Assembly (NCBI GenBank): GCA_904397205.1
Contig: CAJFOO010000017.1
Span: forward strand, 6,098-70,097
Reading direction: 5' to 3'
DNA: 64,000 bases
From: an uncultured Clostridia bacterium
GTDB lineage: Bacteria > Bacillota > Clostridia > Oscillospirales > Acutalibacteraceae
Of the stretch, positions 9,778 through 19,283 are shown one piece after another. The notes under the pieces were generated by a model that searched no databases, was not told where the DNA came from, and was given only the letters and a program-made list of their open reading frames with translations. How positions within the stretch are numbered: position 1 is the stretch's first letter; each line of letters starts with the position of its first letter. A program made the translations under genes and the position numbers.

Positions 9778-11001
9778 ATGAAGATTTTGGTTATCAATGC
9801 AGGAAGCTCTTCCCTCAAATACCAGTTGCTGGATATGACGGACGAAAATGTTGTGGCTAAAGGCAACTGTGAACGGATTGGCTTGGACGGAGGGATTTTT
9901 TCGTACAAAACCGCCGACGGACGCGTACGGGAACAGAAAGTCGATATGCCAGACCATACCGCCGCGTTTACCAAGGTAAAGGACGCCCTGCTTGACGCCG
10001 AGGTAGGCGTACTGCAAAGCTTGTCCGAAGTGGCCGCCATCGGGCACCGTGTGGTGCAGGGGGGCGCACGGTTTATCCAGTCCGTGCTGATTACCGAGGA
10101 GGTCATCCAGGGGATTGAAGAACAAATCCCGCTTGCGCCTCTGCATAATCCTGCGCATATCCAGGGGATACGCGCTTGCCAGAGCGTGTTTGGGAATGAG
10201 ACGCCGCAAGTAGCGGTGTTTGATACATCCTTCCATTCCACCATGCCTCCCCGGGCCTATATGTATGCCATCCCCTATGAGTATTATGAAAAATACGGCA
10301 TCCGGCGCTACGGTTTCCACGGCACCTCCCACCGCTATGTCAGTGCCCGCTGCTCGGAGATGATGAACCGTCCCCACCGGGAAATGAGCATGATCACCTG
10401 CCACTTGGGCAACGGATCTTCGCTGGCGGCCATCAAGGACGGCGTGGTAGTGGATACCACCATGGGCTTGACCCCGCTGGATGGGTTTATGATGGGTACC
10501 CGCAGCGGTTCCCTGGATCCTTCGATTGTCACCTTCCTGCAGGAAAAAGAAAACCTTTCGCCCAAAGAAATTGATACCATTTTGAATAAAAAATCCGGTT
10601 TGCTGGGGGTTTCCGGAGTTTCCAGCGATGACCGAGACGTCACCAAAGCCGAACTCGAAGGCAACCAGCGGGCGATCCTGGCGCACCAGATGCTGGTTTA
10701 TCAGATCAGCAAATACATCGGCGCATATACCGTCGCAATGGGTGGATGCGATGCGATTGTCTTTACCGCCGGCCTCGGGGAAAACCATGTGGGGCACCGC
10801 CAGAAGATCTGTGAAGCCGTCGCCTGCCTGGGGGTAAAGGTGGATCATGACCGCAATGAAGAAATGATCCGCGGCAAGTGTGGGGAAATTTCCACCGACG
10901 ATTCCCCTATCAAGGTCTTTGTCATCCCCACCAACGAAGAGCTGGTCATTGCGCGCGATACCCGCGATATTATTGAAAAGATGCTGTATTATAAAAAATA
11001 A
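9778..11001 (+). CDS. ackA: acetate kinase
   Basis: An internal ATG with SD AGGAGG gives MKILVINAGSSSLKYQL. Full-length acetate/propionate kinase-like sequence. The track start at 9715 is rejected. Confidence 0.95.
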   Translation: MKILVINAGSSSLKYQLLDMTDENVVAKGNCERIGLDGGIFSYKTADGRVREQKVDMPDHTAAFTKVKDALLDAEVGVLQSLSEVAAIGHRVVQGGARFIQSVLITEEVIQGIEEQIPLAPLHNPAHIQGIRACQSVFGNETPQVAVFDTSFHSTMPPRAYMYAIPYEYYEKYGIRRYGFHGTSHRYVSARCSEMMNRPHREMSMITCHLGNGSSLAAIKDGVVVDTTMGLTPLDGFMMGTRSGSLDPSIVTFLQEKENLSPKEIDTILNKKSGLLGVSGVSSDDRDVTKAELEGNQRAILAHQMLVYQISKYIGAYTVAMGGCDAIVFTAGLGENHVGHRQKICEAVACLGVKVDHDRNEEMIRGKCGEISTDDSPIKVFVIPTNEELVIARDTRDIIEKMLYYKK

Positions 11002-11061
11002 GCGTTTGCCCCGCGGCGCAGTATCACAAGCCGCAATATTATCGTTTCAGGAGGAACAGCC

Positions 11062-11604
11062 ATGGAAGAAATCAGGATGGATCTGCGGATCCCGGATGAA
11101 AAACGCGAAGCAGAAATCCGCCGCACAGCAGAAGTATTGTTCCGCTTGAACCAAACCCCGCCTTTTTCCAAAGAGCGGGATCAGCTCCTGAAGGATTTGT
11201 TTACCGGCGGCCTGGGGGAAGGATGCAACATCAATACGCCGCTTTACATGATTATTGCCGAAAACCTGCATATTGGAAACCGCGTCTCCATCGGGCCGTA
11301 TTTCAAATGCATGTCCGCCGGGCACATTACGATTGAAGACGACGCCCAAATCGCGATGGGGGTTTCCGTTATCACGAATAACCACGATTTTTATGATCGC
11401 CCGGTACTGACGATCAAAGACGTGCGCATTGGGAAAAATGCCTGGATTGGCGCGAACGCCATCCTGCTTCCCGGAGTAACGGTGGGGGAAAACGCCATTG
11501 TTGGGGCCGGCAGCGTGGTGACCCGTGACGTTGCCCCCAATACCATTGTAGCCGGGAATCCCGCAAAACCCATCAAAACCCTTGACCCAGAGAAATTTCA
11601 GTAA
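11062..11604 (+). CDS. sugar O-acetyltransferase (left-handed beta-helix, maltose/galactoside acetyltransferase-like)
   Basis: 180-aa ORF with hexapeptide repeats IGKNAWIGANAILLPGVTVGENAIVGAGSVV. SD GGAGGA upstream. Confidence 0.8.
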   Translation: MEEIRMDLRIPDEKREAEIRRTAEVLFRLNQTPPFSKERDQLLKDLFTGGLGEGCNINTPLYMIIAENLHIGNRVSIGPYFKCMSAGHITIEDDAQIAMGVSVITNNHDFYDRPVLTIKDVRIGKNAWIGANAILLPGVTVGENAIVGAGSVVTRDVAPNTIVAGNPAKPIKTLDPEKFQ

Positions 11605-11735
11605 ATCTGCTTTTTTAAAAATATGGCGGTCCGCTGTTTTGGCGGTCCGCTGTTTTTTTTGGAAAGCAGAAGACAATTGGTTTGTAATCAAAATCAACCG
11701 GGGACGGAAAAATCCAGTCTCCCGGTTGATGGATA

Positions 11736-11972
11736 TTATACCGCCTGGTGCGGATGTTCAGAGCTCGGCGGAATTTCCTTCCGATCCCGGAACAAAAGCG
11801 AAACGCACCAGATGGCGGCAATCCCTACCAGCGTATAGATGATACGGCTGACGATACCGCCCTGGCCGCCGCCAATCCAGGCGACGATATCAAATTGGAA
11901 GACCCCGATGGATCCCCAGTTGATCCCGCCGATGATGGCCAGCGCCAACGCGATTCTATCGAGAATAATCAA
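11736..11972 (-). CDS. DUF378 family small membrane protein
   Basis: 78-aa ORF with ALAIIGGINWGSIGVFQFDIV, typical of DUF378. TTG start preceded by GAGGTG at 7 nt. Confidence 0.7.
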   Translation of the reverse strand: MIILDRIALALAIIGGINWGSIGVFQFDIVAWIGGGQGGIVSRIIYTLVGIAAIWCVSLLFRDRKEIPPSSEHPHQAV

Positions 11973-12110
11973 TGTTGTTCACCTCAATCCATATAGGCCG
12001 GAAAATGATCCGCCTTGGTTTTGTTGTATCCGATTGGATCGAGGTTAGTATCGGAAATTTCAAAAATCATTATGCTGGAAATGAAAACTTTGAAAAAAAT
12101 TTCCCATTTT

Positions 12111-13004
12111 TTACTTTTCAATAGGATGAACACCATAGGGGACTGGCTGGCAGACATATGCTGCGGGGTATTGTAGCGCCAGGGCGTCCCGGCAGGCATA
12201 TGCCAGCTCCGGCTGGGAAAACAGTCCGAATACCGTGGGGCCGCTGCCGCTCATACAGGCGTTTTCCGCTCCATATCGGCGCATGGAGGCAGAAATTTCT
12301 TCCACTTCGGGAATGCGCAGGGCCGTTTGGAAGAGATTGCCTGTTTGGGAGGGGATACAGGCCCAGTCTCCTTGGTGGATGGCCCGCAGCATGGCGGAGG
12401 TATCCGGCCGGCGGAGGATAGGGATGCTGTCTATCGTGCGGTACGCTTCTTTGGTGCTCACACCGTACGCGGGCTTGCACAGGACGATCCAGCAATCCGG
12501 CAGGGCAGGGAGAGGGGTCAGGATTTCGCCAATCCCTTCCGCAAGCCCTGTGCCTCCTTGCAGGCAAAACGGCACGTCTGCGCCCACCTGCAGCCCTAGC
12601 TTGGCCAGCCTTTCTGCCGGCAAACCAGTATCCCAAAGGCGATCCATTCCCCACAGTACGGCGGCCGCGTCAGCGCTTCCTCCAGCCAGTCCCGCCTGGC
12701 TGGGGATAACCTTTTCGATCTGGATCCGGATCCCTCCGGGCAATCCGGTTTCCTGCAGGAACACCGCTGCCGCGCGGTATGCGGTATTGGTTTGGTCATC
12801 CGGGACATTGGGATCGCGGCAAACCACCGTGATGCCGCTGGAATCCGTCCGGCACAGGGTAACGGTATCCGCCAGGGATACCGATTGCAGGATGCTTTCG
12901 ATAAAATGGTAGCCGTCGTCCCGCCGTCCGGTGACGTCCAGGGTCAGGTTAATTTTGGCATAGGCATGCAGGGTAAGCGTTTCCACAGCAAGGACCTCCC
13001 TCAC
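12111..13004 (-). CDS. ispE: 4-diphosphocytidyl-2-C-methyl-D-erythritol kinase
   Basis: 297-aa ORF. AYAKINLTLDV and the GHMP kinase motif PSQAGLAGGSADAAA. GTG start overlaps the upstream stop (GTGA). Confidence 0.9.
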   Translation of the reverse strand: MREVLAVETLTLHAYAKINLTLDVTGRRDDGYHFIESILQSVSLADTVTLCRTDSSGITVVCRDPNVPDDQTNTAYRAAAVFLQETGLPGGIRIQIEKVIPSQAGLAGGSADAAAVLWGMDRLWDTGLPAERLAKLGLQVGADVPFCLQGGTGLAEGIGEILTPLPALPDCWIVLCKPAYGVSTKEAYRTIDSIPILRRPDTSAMLRAIHQGDWACIPSQTGNLFQTALRIPEVEEISASMRRYGAENACMSGSGPTVFGLFSQPELAYACRDALALQYPAAYVCQPVPYGVHPIEK

Positions 13005-14131
13005 AGGTTAAATAAGGAAAAGCGTTTGATATCGATGGCCTGTACCGGGCACATTTCGTGGCAGCAGTAACAGCGGATGCAGTCGTGGGATAGGATGAAC
13101 GCTTTGCGGTCCCGGATCTCGATGGTATGCTGCGGACAGCTTTCCTGGCATTTAGCGCAGCCGATACAGTCTTTGGCACGGATTTTGGGGAACGGGGTGC
13201 AAATTTTGACCGCGAGCGGACGGAATATCCTTGGGACTTTCTGTAAAAAGTCGCTGGGCTGGGATTCGGGCTGCAAAAAATCCGGCACAAGGAAAGCATC
13301 CAGCGGCTCCCCAAGGATTTCCAGTTCCTCGGCACGCGCCGGGCAAAGCCCCCGTTCCTGCCCGGATCGGAGCATGGGGATTTCCATGGGATCCATACCG
13401 GCGATTGCCGCGCAGGCTACGTCCAGCGGGAAAGGGCTGGTGCTGGCGGCAAGAAGCCCCACCTGGCGCGGCTTTCCCCCACTGGGGCCGTTGCCTTCCA
13501 TCGCGGTCACAGCGTCTACAAAGGCAATGCGCGGCGCAATGGCTTCGCACAAATCGGCCAGCATTTCCCCAAAATGCTCTTTGTCCGGGAAGCGGCAGTG
13601 CAGCTCCGGCTTCATCAGGCCGGGCACTACCCCGAACAGGTTCTTTACCGCGCCGCTTAGCCCTGTCATACAGTGGGACTTCAGTTTTGCAATGTCTACA
13701 ATCAAATCGGCGTCCAGGGCCGGGGAAATGACCTGGAATACCTTGGAACGCCGGCCGTTCGGTGTTTCTAAAGGACGGTAGGAGCAGTCCGTATTGAGCG
13801 TAAAGCCGTGCTCGCGCGCGACGTCTTCATAACCGCAGGCAGCATAGATCCCTTTCAGGACAGCCGGGCTGTATATCCCGCCGGGGCTGTCGGCAATCGT
13901 GATGGACGCGCCCAGCCGCTGCAAATACACGCCGATGGCCGCTGTGACCAGCGGGTGGGTAACGACCGCCCGGTCGGGGCGCGCCTTCATAAGCAGGTTG
14001 GGCTTGAGCAGTACCTGCATACCGGGCCGGATATACCGCTCCAGGCCCAGTGCGTCGGCCGCCCGCTCCACGGCGGCCTGGAGGACGGGAAATTCATAGG
14101 AGGGGCAGGAGGTAAGAAAAACCGGTTCCAT
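13001..14131 (-). CDS. DUF362 domain protein with C-terminal 2x[4Fe-4S] ferredoxin domain
   Basis: Start taken at the internal ATG (MEPVFLTSCPSYEF). Two cluster motifs, CIGCAKCQESCP and CIRCYCCHEMCP. The track start at 14242 would overlap the aminotransferase gene. Confidence 0.75.
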   Translation of the reverse strand: MEPVFLTSCPSYEFPVLQAAVERAADALGLERYIRPGMQVLLKPNLLMKARPDRAVVTHPLVTAAIGVYLQRLGASITIADSPGGIYSPAVLKGIYAACGYEDVAREHGFTLNTDCSYRPLETPNGRRSKVFQVISPALDADLIVDIAKLKSHCMTGLSGAVKNLFGVVPGLMKPELHCRFPDKEHFGEMLADLCEAIAPRIAFVDAVTAMEGNGPSGGKPRQVGLLAASTSPFPLDVACAAIAGMDPMEIPMLRSGQERGLCPARAEELEILGEPLDAFLVPDFLQPESQPSDFLQKVPRIFRPLAVKICTPFPKIRAKDCIGCAKCQESCPQHTIEIRDRKAFILSHDCIRCYCCHEMCPVQAIDIKRFSLFNL

Positions 14132-14142
14132 GGCAGCGCTCC

Positions 14143-15315
14143 TTACCCGAGGGACTGGATAAAGCGTTCGATCCGCTTGAGGGCCTCGGTGATGTGATGC
14201 AGGGAGTAGGAATACGATACCCGGATGAACCCTTCGCCGCAATCACCGAACGCATTGCCCGGAATGACAGCCACATGCTCCTCATGAAGCAGGCGTTCGC
14301 AGAAGGTTTCGGAGGTCATGCCGGTTTTCTGGATCGAGGGGAACACATAAAAGGCCCCTTCCGGCTCAAAACAAGGCATCCCAATCGAGTTGAAGGTGTC
14401 CACAATCAGCCGGCGGCGCATGTCGTATTGCTCCCGCATGTGATCGATGTCCTCATCCCCGTTGCGCAGGGCTTCTATCGCGGCGTACTGCGCCATGGTA
14501 GGCGCGCTCATAATGGCATACTGGTGCAGCTTGGTCATGGGGCCGATGATTTCCTGCGGGCCGATGGCATATCCCAGCCGCCAGCCTGTCATGGCGTAGG
14601 TTTTGGAAAACCCGTTGACTACGACCGTGCGTTCCTTCATGCCTTCCAGCTCCGCAAAGCAGACATGGCCGGTTTCGCCGTAGGTCAGCTCGCCGTAGAT
14701 TTCGTCGGACAGTACCAGCAGGTCGTGTTCCCGCACCACCTCGGCAATGGCCTCCAGATGCTCGCGGCGCATGACGGCCCCGGTGGGATTGTTGGGGAAG
14801 GGCAGGATCAGCAGCTTGCTTTTGGGGGTGATTTTTTGCCGCAGCGCGTCGGCGGTCAGGCGGAACTGGTCTTCCGCGCGGGTTTCGATCACGACCGGTA
14901 TGCCCTTGGCCATCTGGGTCATGGGGACATAGCAGACAAAGCTCGGTTCCGGGATCAGCACCTCCTCGCCGGGATTGATCAGGCAGCGGATGCACAGATC
15001 GAGCGCCTCCGAGCCGCCGACCGTCACCAGGACGTCGGAAGAAGAATCGTACGAAACGTGGTACTTTCGCGCAATCCAGCGGCAGATTTCCTCCCGCAGC
15101 TCCTGGAAGCCGCGGTTTGGGGAATAAAAGGTTTTGCCTTCTTCGAGGGTCTGGATGCCGGTCTGCCGGACATGCCAGGGGGTGGAAAAATCGGGTTCCC
15201 CGATGCTCAGGGAAATCACGTCTTTCATCTCGTTGGCAATATCGAAAAACCGGCGGATGCCGGATGGTTTAATGGCCTGGATTTCATGGTTTAAGCGGGA
15301 TTGGTAGTCGATCAC
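14143..15315 (-). CDS. class I/II pyridoxal-phosphate aminotransferase (AlaT/aspartate aminotransferase-like)
   Basis: 390-aa ORF. NNPTGAV, and SKTYAMTGWRLGY containing the PLP lysine. GTG start overlaps the stop of the Lrp/AsnC regulator gene. Confidence 0.85.
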   Translation of the reverse strand: MIDYQSRLNHEIQAIKPSGIRRFFDIANEMKDVISLSIGEPDFSTPWHVRQTGIQTLEEGKTFYSPNRGFQELREEICRWIARKYHVSYDSSSDVLVTVGGSEALDLCIRCLINPGEEVLIPEPSFVCYVPMTQMAKGIPVVIETRAEDQFRLTADALRQKITPKSKLLILPFPNNPTGAVMRREHLEAIAEVVREHDLLVLSDEIYGELTYGETGHVCFAELEGMKERTVVVNGFSKTYAMTGWRLGYAIGPQEIIGPMTKLHQYAIMSAPTMAQYAAIEALRNGDEDIDHMREQYDMRRRLIVDTFNSIGMPCFEPEGAFYVFPSIQKTGMTSETFCERLLHEEHVAVIPGNAFGDCGEGFIRVSYSYSLHHITEALKRIERFIQSLG

Positions 15316-15794
15316 TGCACATATTCCCTCCTATCGTGTTCCATTTGGGAATGGAGAATGACATTCCCTTCTTTATAGCGGGTAAGGACGAAATGGGTAG
15401 CGGTGGAAAGCACCGAATCGAGCGTAGAGAGACGCTTGGCGACAAACATGGCGATTTCCTGGATGCTTTTGCCATGCACCATGACCGCCAGATCGAATCC
15501 GCCGGACATCAGGTAGACGCTCTCCACCTCTTCAAACTCCATGATCCGGTGGGCGATGGAGTCAAAGCCGGTCTCTTTTTTGGGGGCCACGCGCAGCTCG
15601 ATCAGGGCGGAGACGTTATCATTTCCCTGCACTTCTTCCCAGTTGATAATGGCCTGGTAGCCCCGCAGGATGCCCTGTTCCTCATATTTGGCAATTTGAT
15701 CCGCCACCTCTTTTTCCGAGATGCCGAGCATGGCCGCCAACTGTGCGTTGGTTAAACGCGCGTTTTCTTGCAGCAGGTTGAGTAATTTTGTCAT
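15312..15794 (-). CDS. Lrp/AsnC family transcriptional regulator
   Basis: 160-aa ORF. N-terminal HTH (ARLTNAQLAAMLGISEKEV) plus a C-terminal RAM-like domain. Paired with an aminotransferase, as in the B. subtilis alaR-alaT arrangement. Confidence 0.85.
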   Translation of the reverse strand: MTKLLNLLQENARLTNAQLAAMLGISEKEVADQIAKYEEQGILRGYQAIINWEEVQGNDNVSALIELRVAPKKETGFDSIAHRIMEFEEVESVYLMSGGFDLAVMVHGKSIQEIAMFVAKRLSTLDSVLSTATHFVLTRYKEGNVILHSQMEHDRREYVQ

Positions 15795-15874
15795 AGGGGA
15801 TTCTCCTTTCTGGCAGGAGCCGGCTCAGCGGCGTCCTCATATCAGTCAGTGTGTGCCGGAACGGATATTCCGGG

Positions 15875-16687
15875 CTATACAATAGGAAGCAGATGGGGTT
15901 TTCGTTCCATGAATATGGTAAAGGAGGAAAAACCCGCCTCCCGGATCCGAGCGAGCCCTTCTTCGAGTCCGGAACCAATATCCCCCCACCGGTGAGCGTC
16001 GCTGCCGATAGTGACATACCGCCCTCCCAATTCGCGGAAGCGCCGGATCACCGGGAAGGAAGGAAGCGTTTCCCCGATTTTCTGCCGCAGCCCGGAGGTG
16101 TTGACCTCCAGCGCCTTGTCCCGTTCCACTAAGGTTTGCAGGATCGCGTCGATCTGGGCGGCATAAGGCTCGGAAGGGATCGAAAGCCCATACTCCCCGA
16201 TGGCGTAACGCAGCGGATAGGAAAGGTGCGCCAGGGAATCAAAATCCGCCTGCCGCGCCATTTCGAGCACCTGCTGGAAGTAATCGGTCAAGAGCTGCTG
16301 CACGTCGATCTGCGTATAATCTAAAAAATAGAAATCCGGCATGCCGCGCAGGTTATGTAAAGAAGCGAGCACAAAGTCGAACGGGAATGCCTGCAATACT
16401 TCCTGGGCCGCACTGGGGTTTTGCAGCGGCTGGCCCAGTTCAATCCCCTTGAGCACCCGCAGTTCGCCCTGGAACAGGGCGGCCGCTTTTTTTGTCTCGA
16501 GAAAGGACTGACGGATGCTGGAAAGCGCCCCGGTCTGGTGATAGACGTTGCACTCGCAGTGATCCGTGACAGTGAGAGCATACAGGCCCTGGCGGATGGC
16601 GTTCTCACACAGCATATTCACCGGATCGTCGGCGTCGAACGAGCAGTTGCTGTGGCAGTGGCAGTCGGACAGGTACGGGTATTTCAT
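15875..16687 (-). CDS. PHP-family histidinol-phosphatase (HisJ/HisK type)
   Basis: An internal ATG with SD AAGGAGA gives MKYPYLSDCHCHSNCSFD. Also HxH and GSDAH metal motifs. Confidence 0.75.
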   Translation of the reverse strand: MKYPYLSDCHCHSNCSFDADDPVNMLCENAIRQGLYALTVTDHCECNVYHQTGALSSIRQSFLETKKAAALFQGELRVLKGIELGQPLQNPSAAQEVLQAFPFDFVLASLHNLRGMPDFYFLDYTQIDVQQLLTDYFQQVLEMARQADFDSLAHLSYPLRYAIGEYGLSIPSEPYAAQIDAILQTLVERDKALEVNTSGLRQKIGETLPSFPVIRRFRELGGRYVTIGSDAHRWGDIGSGLEEGLARIREAGFSSFTIFMERKPHLLPIV

Positions 16688-16929
16688 AGCGATTCTCCTT
16701 GATTGGGTTCCTATTCTTTCCATTTTACCATATCCTGCGGGGAAAAGACAGTGGAAGGAGCCGATTTGGCCATATTTTGGAAAGAGCCGGGCGGCCCGAT
16801 GGATTTTTTCAGCAGTTTTGCCATTCTCAGCTTATCTTACCGCCAAACGGGGCGGATTTATACTTTTTTACAGGGTGGAAAAAGGATCCGGCTGTTTTGG
16901 GAAAAGGATGGGTACCGGTATACAAATGC

Positions 16930-16958
16930 TTGACAGATTGCGGATTGTGCTTCATAAT
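16930..16958 (+). promoter_or_regulatory. sigma-A type promoter of the ACT/UPF0210 operon
   Basis: Consensus -35 TTGACA, 17-nt spacer, -10 CATAAT. 38 nt upstream of the ACT-domain gene. Confidence 0.6.
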
Positions 16959-16995
16959 GAGACATAAAAATACGGAAGATGGAGGCGTTTTCTTT

Positions 16996-17265
16996 ATGCG
17001 TGCAGTCATTACGGTTTTGGGAAAGGATATGGTGGGGATTTTGGCAAAGGTTTCCACCCAGTGCGCGGAGTGCGGCGTGAATGTTCTGGAGGTGACCCAG
17101 TCGGTGCTTCAGGATCTGTTTGCGATGATCATGCTGGTGGATATTTCCAAAAGCACCGTACCCTTCCAGCAGCTTTCGGACTCTTTGCAGAAAATCGGCG
17201 AGGGGATGGGGCTGACCGTCCATGTGATGCATGAGGATATTTTTCAGTCGATGCACCGGATTTAA
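16996..17265 (+). CDS. ACT domain protein (UPF0237 family)
   Basis: 89-aa product [20 protein letters not shown]. Start taken at the internal ATG of track ORF 16699..17265. Confidence 0.8.
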   Translation: MRAVITVLGKDMVGILAKVSTQCAECGVNVLEVTQSVLQDLFAMIMLVDISKSTVPFQQLSDSLQKIGEGMGLTVHVMHEDIFQSMHRI

Positions 17266-17294
17266 CGGGATACAGGGAAAGGATAGGGCAAATC

Positions 17295-18653
17295 ATGTTG
17301 AATTCTCATGATATTCTGGAAACTATCAATATGATAGACAATGAAAACCTGGACGTGCGGACCATCACGATGGGGATTTCCCTGATTGACTGCATGGATT
17401 CGGACGTCCGCAAGGCCTGCGACAAGATCTACGATAAGATCTGCCGGTACGCCGGGGAGCTGGTCAAAACAGGGGAAGACATCAGCAAGGATTACGGCAT
17501 CCCGATCATCAACAAGCGGATTTCCGTCACCCCTATTGCTATGGCAGCAGGTGCGTGCCCGGGCAGCAATCCCGTGGCCTTTGCCAAGACGCTGGACAAA
17601 GCGGCCGCCGAGGTGGGGGTCAACTTCATCGGCGGCTACTCGGCCTTGGTGCACAAGGGGTTTGGCCCGGGCGATTACGCGCTGATTGAAAGTATCCCGG
17701 AAGCGCTGGCGGAAACCGACCGTGTATGCTCTTCGGTCAATGTGGGCAGTACCAAAGCGGGCATCAATATGGATGCGGTGGCAAAAATGGGACAGGTGAT
17801 CCGCCGGGCGGCGGAACTGACGCAGGACCGCGAATGCATCGGCGCGGCGAAGCTGGTGGTATTCTGCAATGCCCCGGAGGATAACCCCTTCATGGCCGGG
17901 GCGTTCCACGGCGTGGGTGAGCCGGACTGCGTGATCAACGTGGGGGTATCCGGTCCCGGCGTAGTCCGGGCTGCACTGGCCAAGGCGGGGGACTGCGATT
18001 TGGCTGCCATTGCGGAATTGATTAAACGCACGGCCTTTAAGATTACCCGGATGGGCCAGCTTGTGGCGCAGGAGGCGTCGCGGCGGCTGTCGGTGCCGTT
18101 TGGGATTATCGACCTGTCGCTGGCGCCCACCCCGGCAGTGGGCGACTCGGTCGCGCATATCCTGGAGGAGATGGGCCTGGAGCGCTGCGGCGGCCACGGC
18201 ACCACGGCGGCGCTGGCCCTGCTCAACGACGCGGTGAAAAAGGGCGGCGTGATGGCTTCTTCCCATGTGGGGGGGCTTTCGGGGGCGTTTATCCCGGTTT
18301 CGGAGGACGCGGGCATGATCCGGGCCGCACGGGAAGGCTGCCTGACCCTGAACAAGCTGGAAGCCATGACGGCGGTATGCTCGGTGGGGCTGGACATGAT
18401 CGTGCTTCCCGGGGATACCCCGCCGGAGATCTTGTCCGCGATTGTGGCGGACGAAGCGGCCATTGGGATGGTCAACAGCAAAACCACGGCGGTGCGGGTG
18501 ATCCCGGCCATCGGCAAACAGCCGGGGGAAGAGATCGATTTCGGCGGCCTTTTGGGGTACGGCCCGATCATGGAAGTGAATCCTGCCTCCCCCCTAAAAT
18601 TCATCCAGAGGGGAGGGCGGATCCCTGCCCCGCTGCAAAGCCTCAAAAATTAG
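17295..18653 (+). CDS. UPF0210 (DUF711, PFL-like fold) protein
   Basis: 452-aa ORF starting [30 protein letters not shown], characteristic of UPF0210. Conserved partner of the preceding ACT gene. Confidence 0.85.
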   Translation: MLNSHDILETINMIDNENLDVRTITMGISLIDCMDSDVRKACDKIYDKICRYAGELVKTGEDISKDYGIPIINKRISVTPIAMAAGACPGSNPVAFAKTLDKAAAEVGVNFIGGYSALVHKGFGPGDYALIESIPEALAETDRVCSSVNVGSTKAGINMDAVAKMGQVIRRAAELTQDRECIGAAKLVVFCNAPEDNPFMAGAFHGVGEPDCVINVGVSGPGVVRAALAKAGDCDLAAIAELIKRTAFKITRMGQLVAQEASRRLSVPFGIIDLSLAPTPAVGDSVAHILEEMGLERCGGHGTTAALALLNDAVKKGGVMASSHVGGLSGAFIPVSEDAGMIRAAREGCLTLNKLEAMTAVCSVGLDMIVLPGDTPPEILSAIVADEAAIGMVNSKTTAVRVIPAIGKQPGEEIDFGGLLGYGPIMEVNPASPLKFIQRGGRIPAPLQSLKN

Positions 18654-18664
18654 TCTTTCAAAAA

Positions 18665-18690
18665 AGCCCGGCTCAGCCGGGTTTTGTTGA
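18665..18690 (+). terminator. intrinsic terminator after the UPF0210 gene
   Basis: Stem AGCCCGGC / GCCGGGTT with a 3-nt loop, followed by a T-rich tract. Confidence 0.75.
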
Positions 18691-18828
18691 TTTTGCTGAT
18701 TTTTGTTTTTGTTTATTTCTTACAAACATAGCGGGGTAAAATTCAGCTTGATTGCTAATGGTGCTGTCTGTCAACCCCAAAATATTTAATTTTTGTGAAT
18801 GAAATAAGAAATATCCTCGAAAATCCTC

Positions 18829-18857
18829 TTGATTTTGTACTTGTTATTTGTTATATT
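18829..18857 (+). promoter_or_regulatory. candidate sigma-A promoter for the V-ATPase leader/operon
   Basis: TTGATT-17 nt-TATATT, inside the AT-rich part of the 630-bp intergenic region. Confidence 0.5.
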
Positions 18858-19135
18858 TAGTTTGTATTGTCAAAGTACAGGTGGAAATCTGTGGTTTGCC
18901 ATCAGACAAGATTTTCCTTGTTTTTTGCTTTCTGCAAGAATTCCTTCTGTATTTTTCAATATTTCGGAAAGCAGCCGCGGCGGCAGGATGGCTGCCTGCT
19001 GCGGGCGAAACGGTTTTTGTTGATCAAACTGGGGGAGGTGCTGCAAAGCAGAAGGGGCCCAAGGTTCCGGGAAAGGAGAAAATCTGCGCGGAAGCCGCCG
19101 CGTGAGTTGCTGAAGGTGCGTGGCCTTTTCAGCAG

Positions 19136-19182
19136 CCCGCGGGGAGGACGAGCGACAGGGGGGCCTGTCCACGCGGGTTTTT
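19136..19182 (+). terminator. terminator-like compound hairpin inside the V-ATPase leader
   Basis: Outer stem CCCGCG / CGCGGG. Inner stem GACAGG-GGGG-CCTGTC. Followed directly by TTTTT. Lies 100-130 nt upstream of the first operon gene. Confidence 0.5.
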
Positions 19183-19283
19183 GCATGGCCCTTTGTGCGT
19201 TGTAAATCTGAAGTCAAGTTTTTGTAGATATTGGCTGGCGCCCCAAAGGCCCGCCGTCTGCCACGCAAAAGCTCAGCAAATTT

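Noticed and set aside
18848-19268. Three overlapping ORFs (85-132 aa, both strands) in the intergenic region upstream of the V-ATPase operon.
   Set aside because: They have no SD. The translations are R/G/P/K-rich and overlap each other in different frames. The sequence is better explained as structured RNA (see the first finding).
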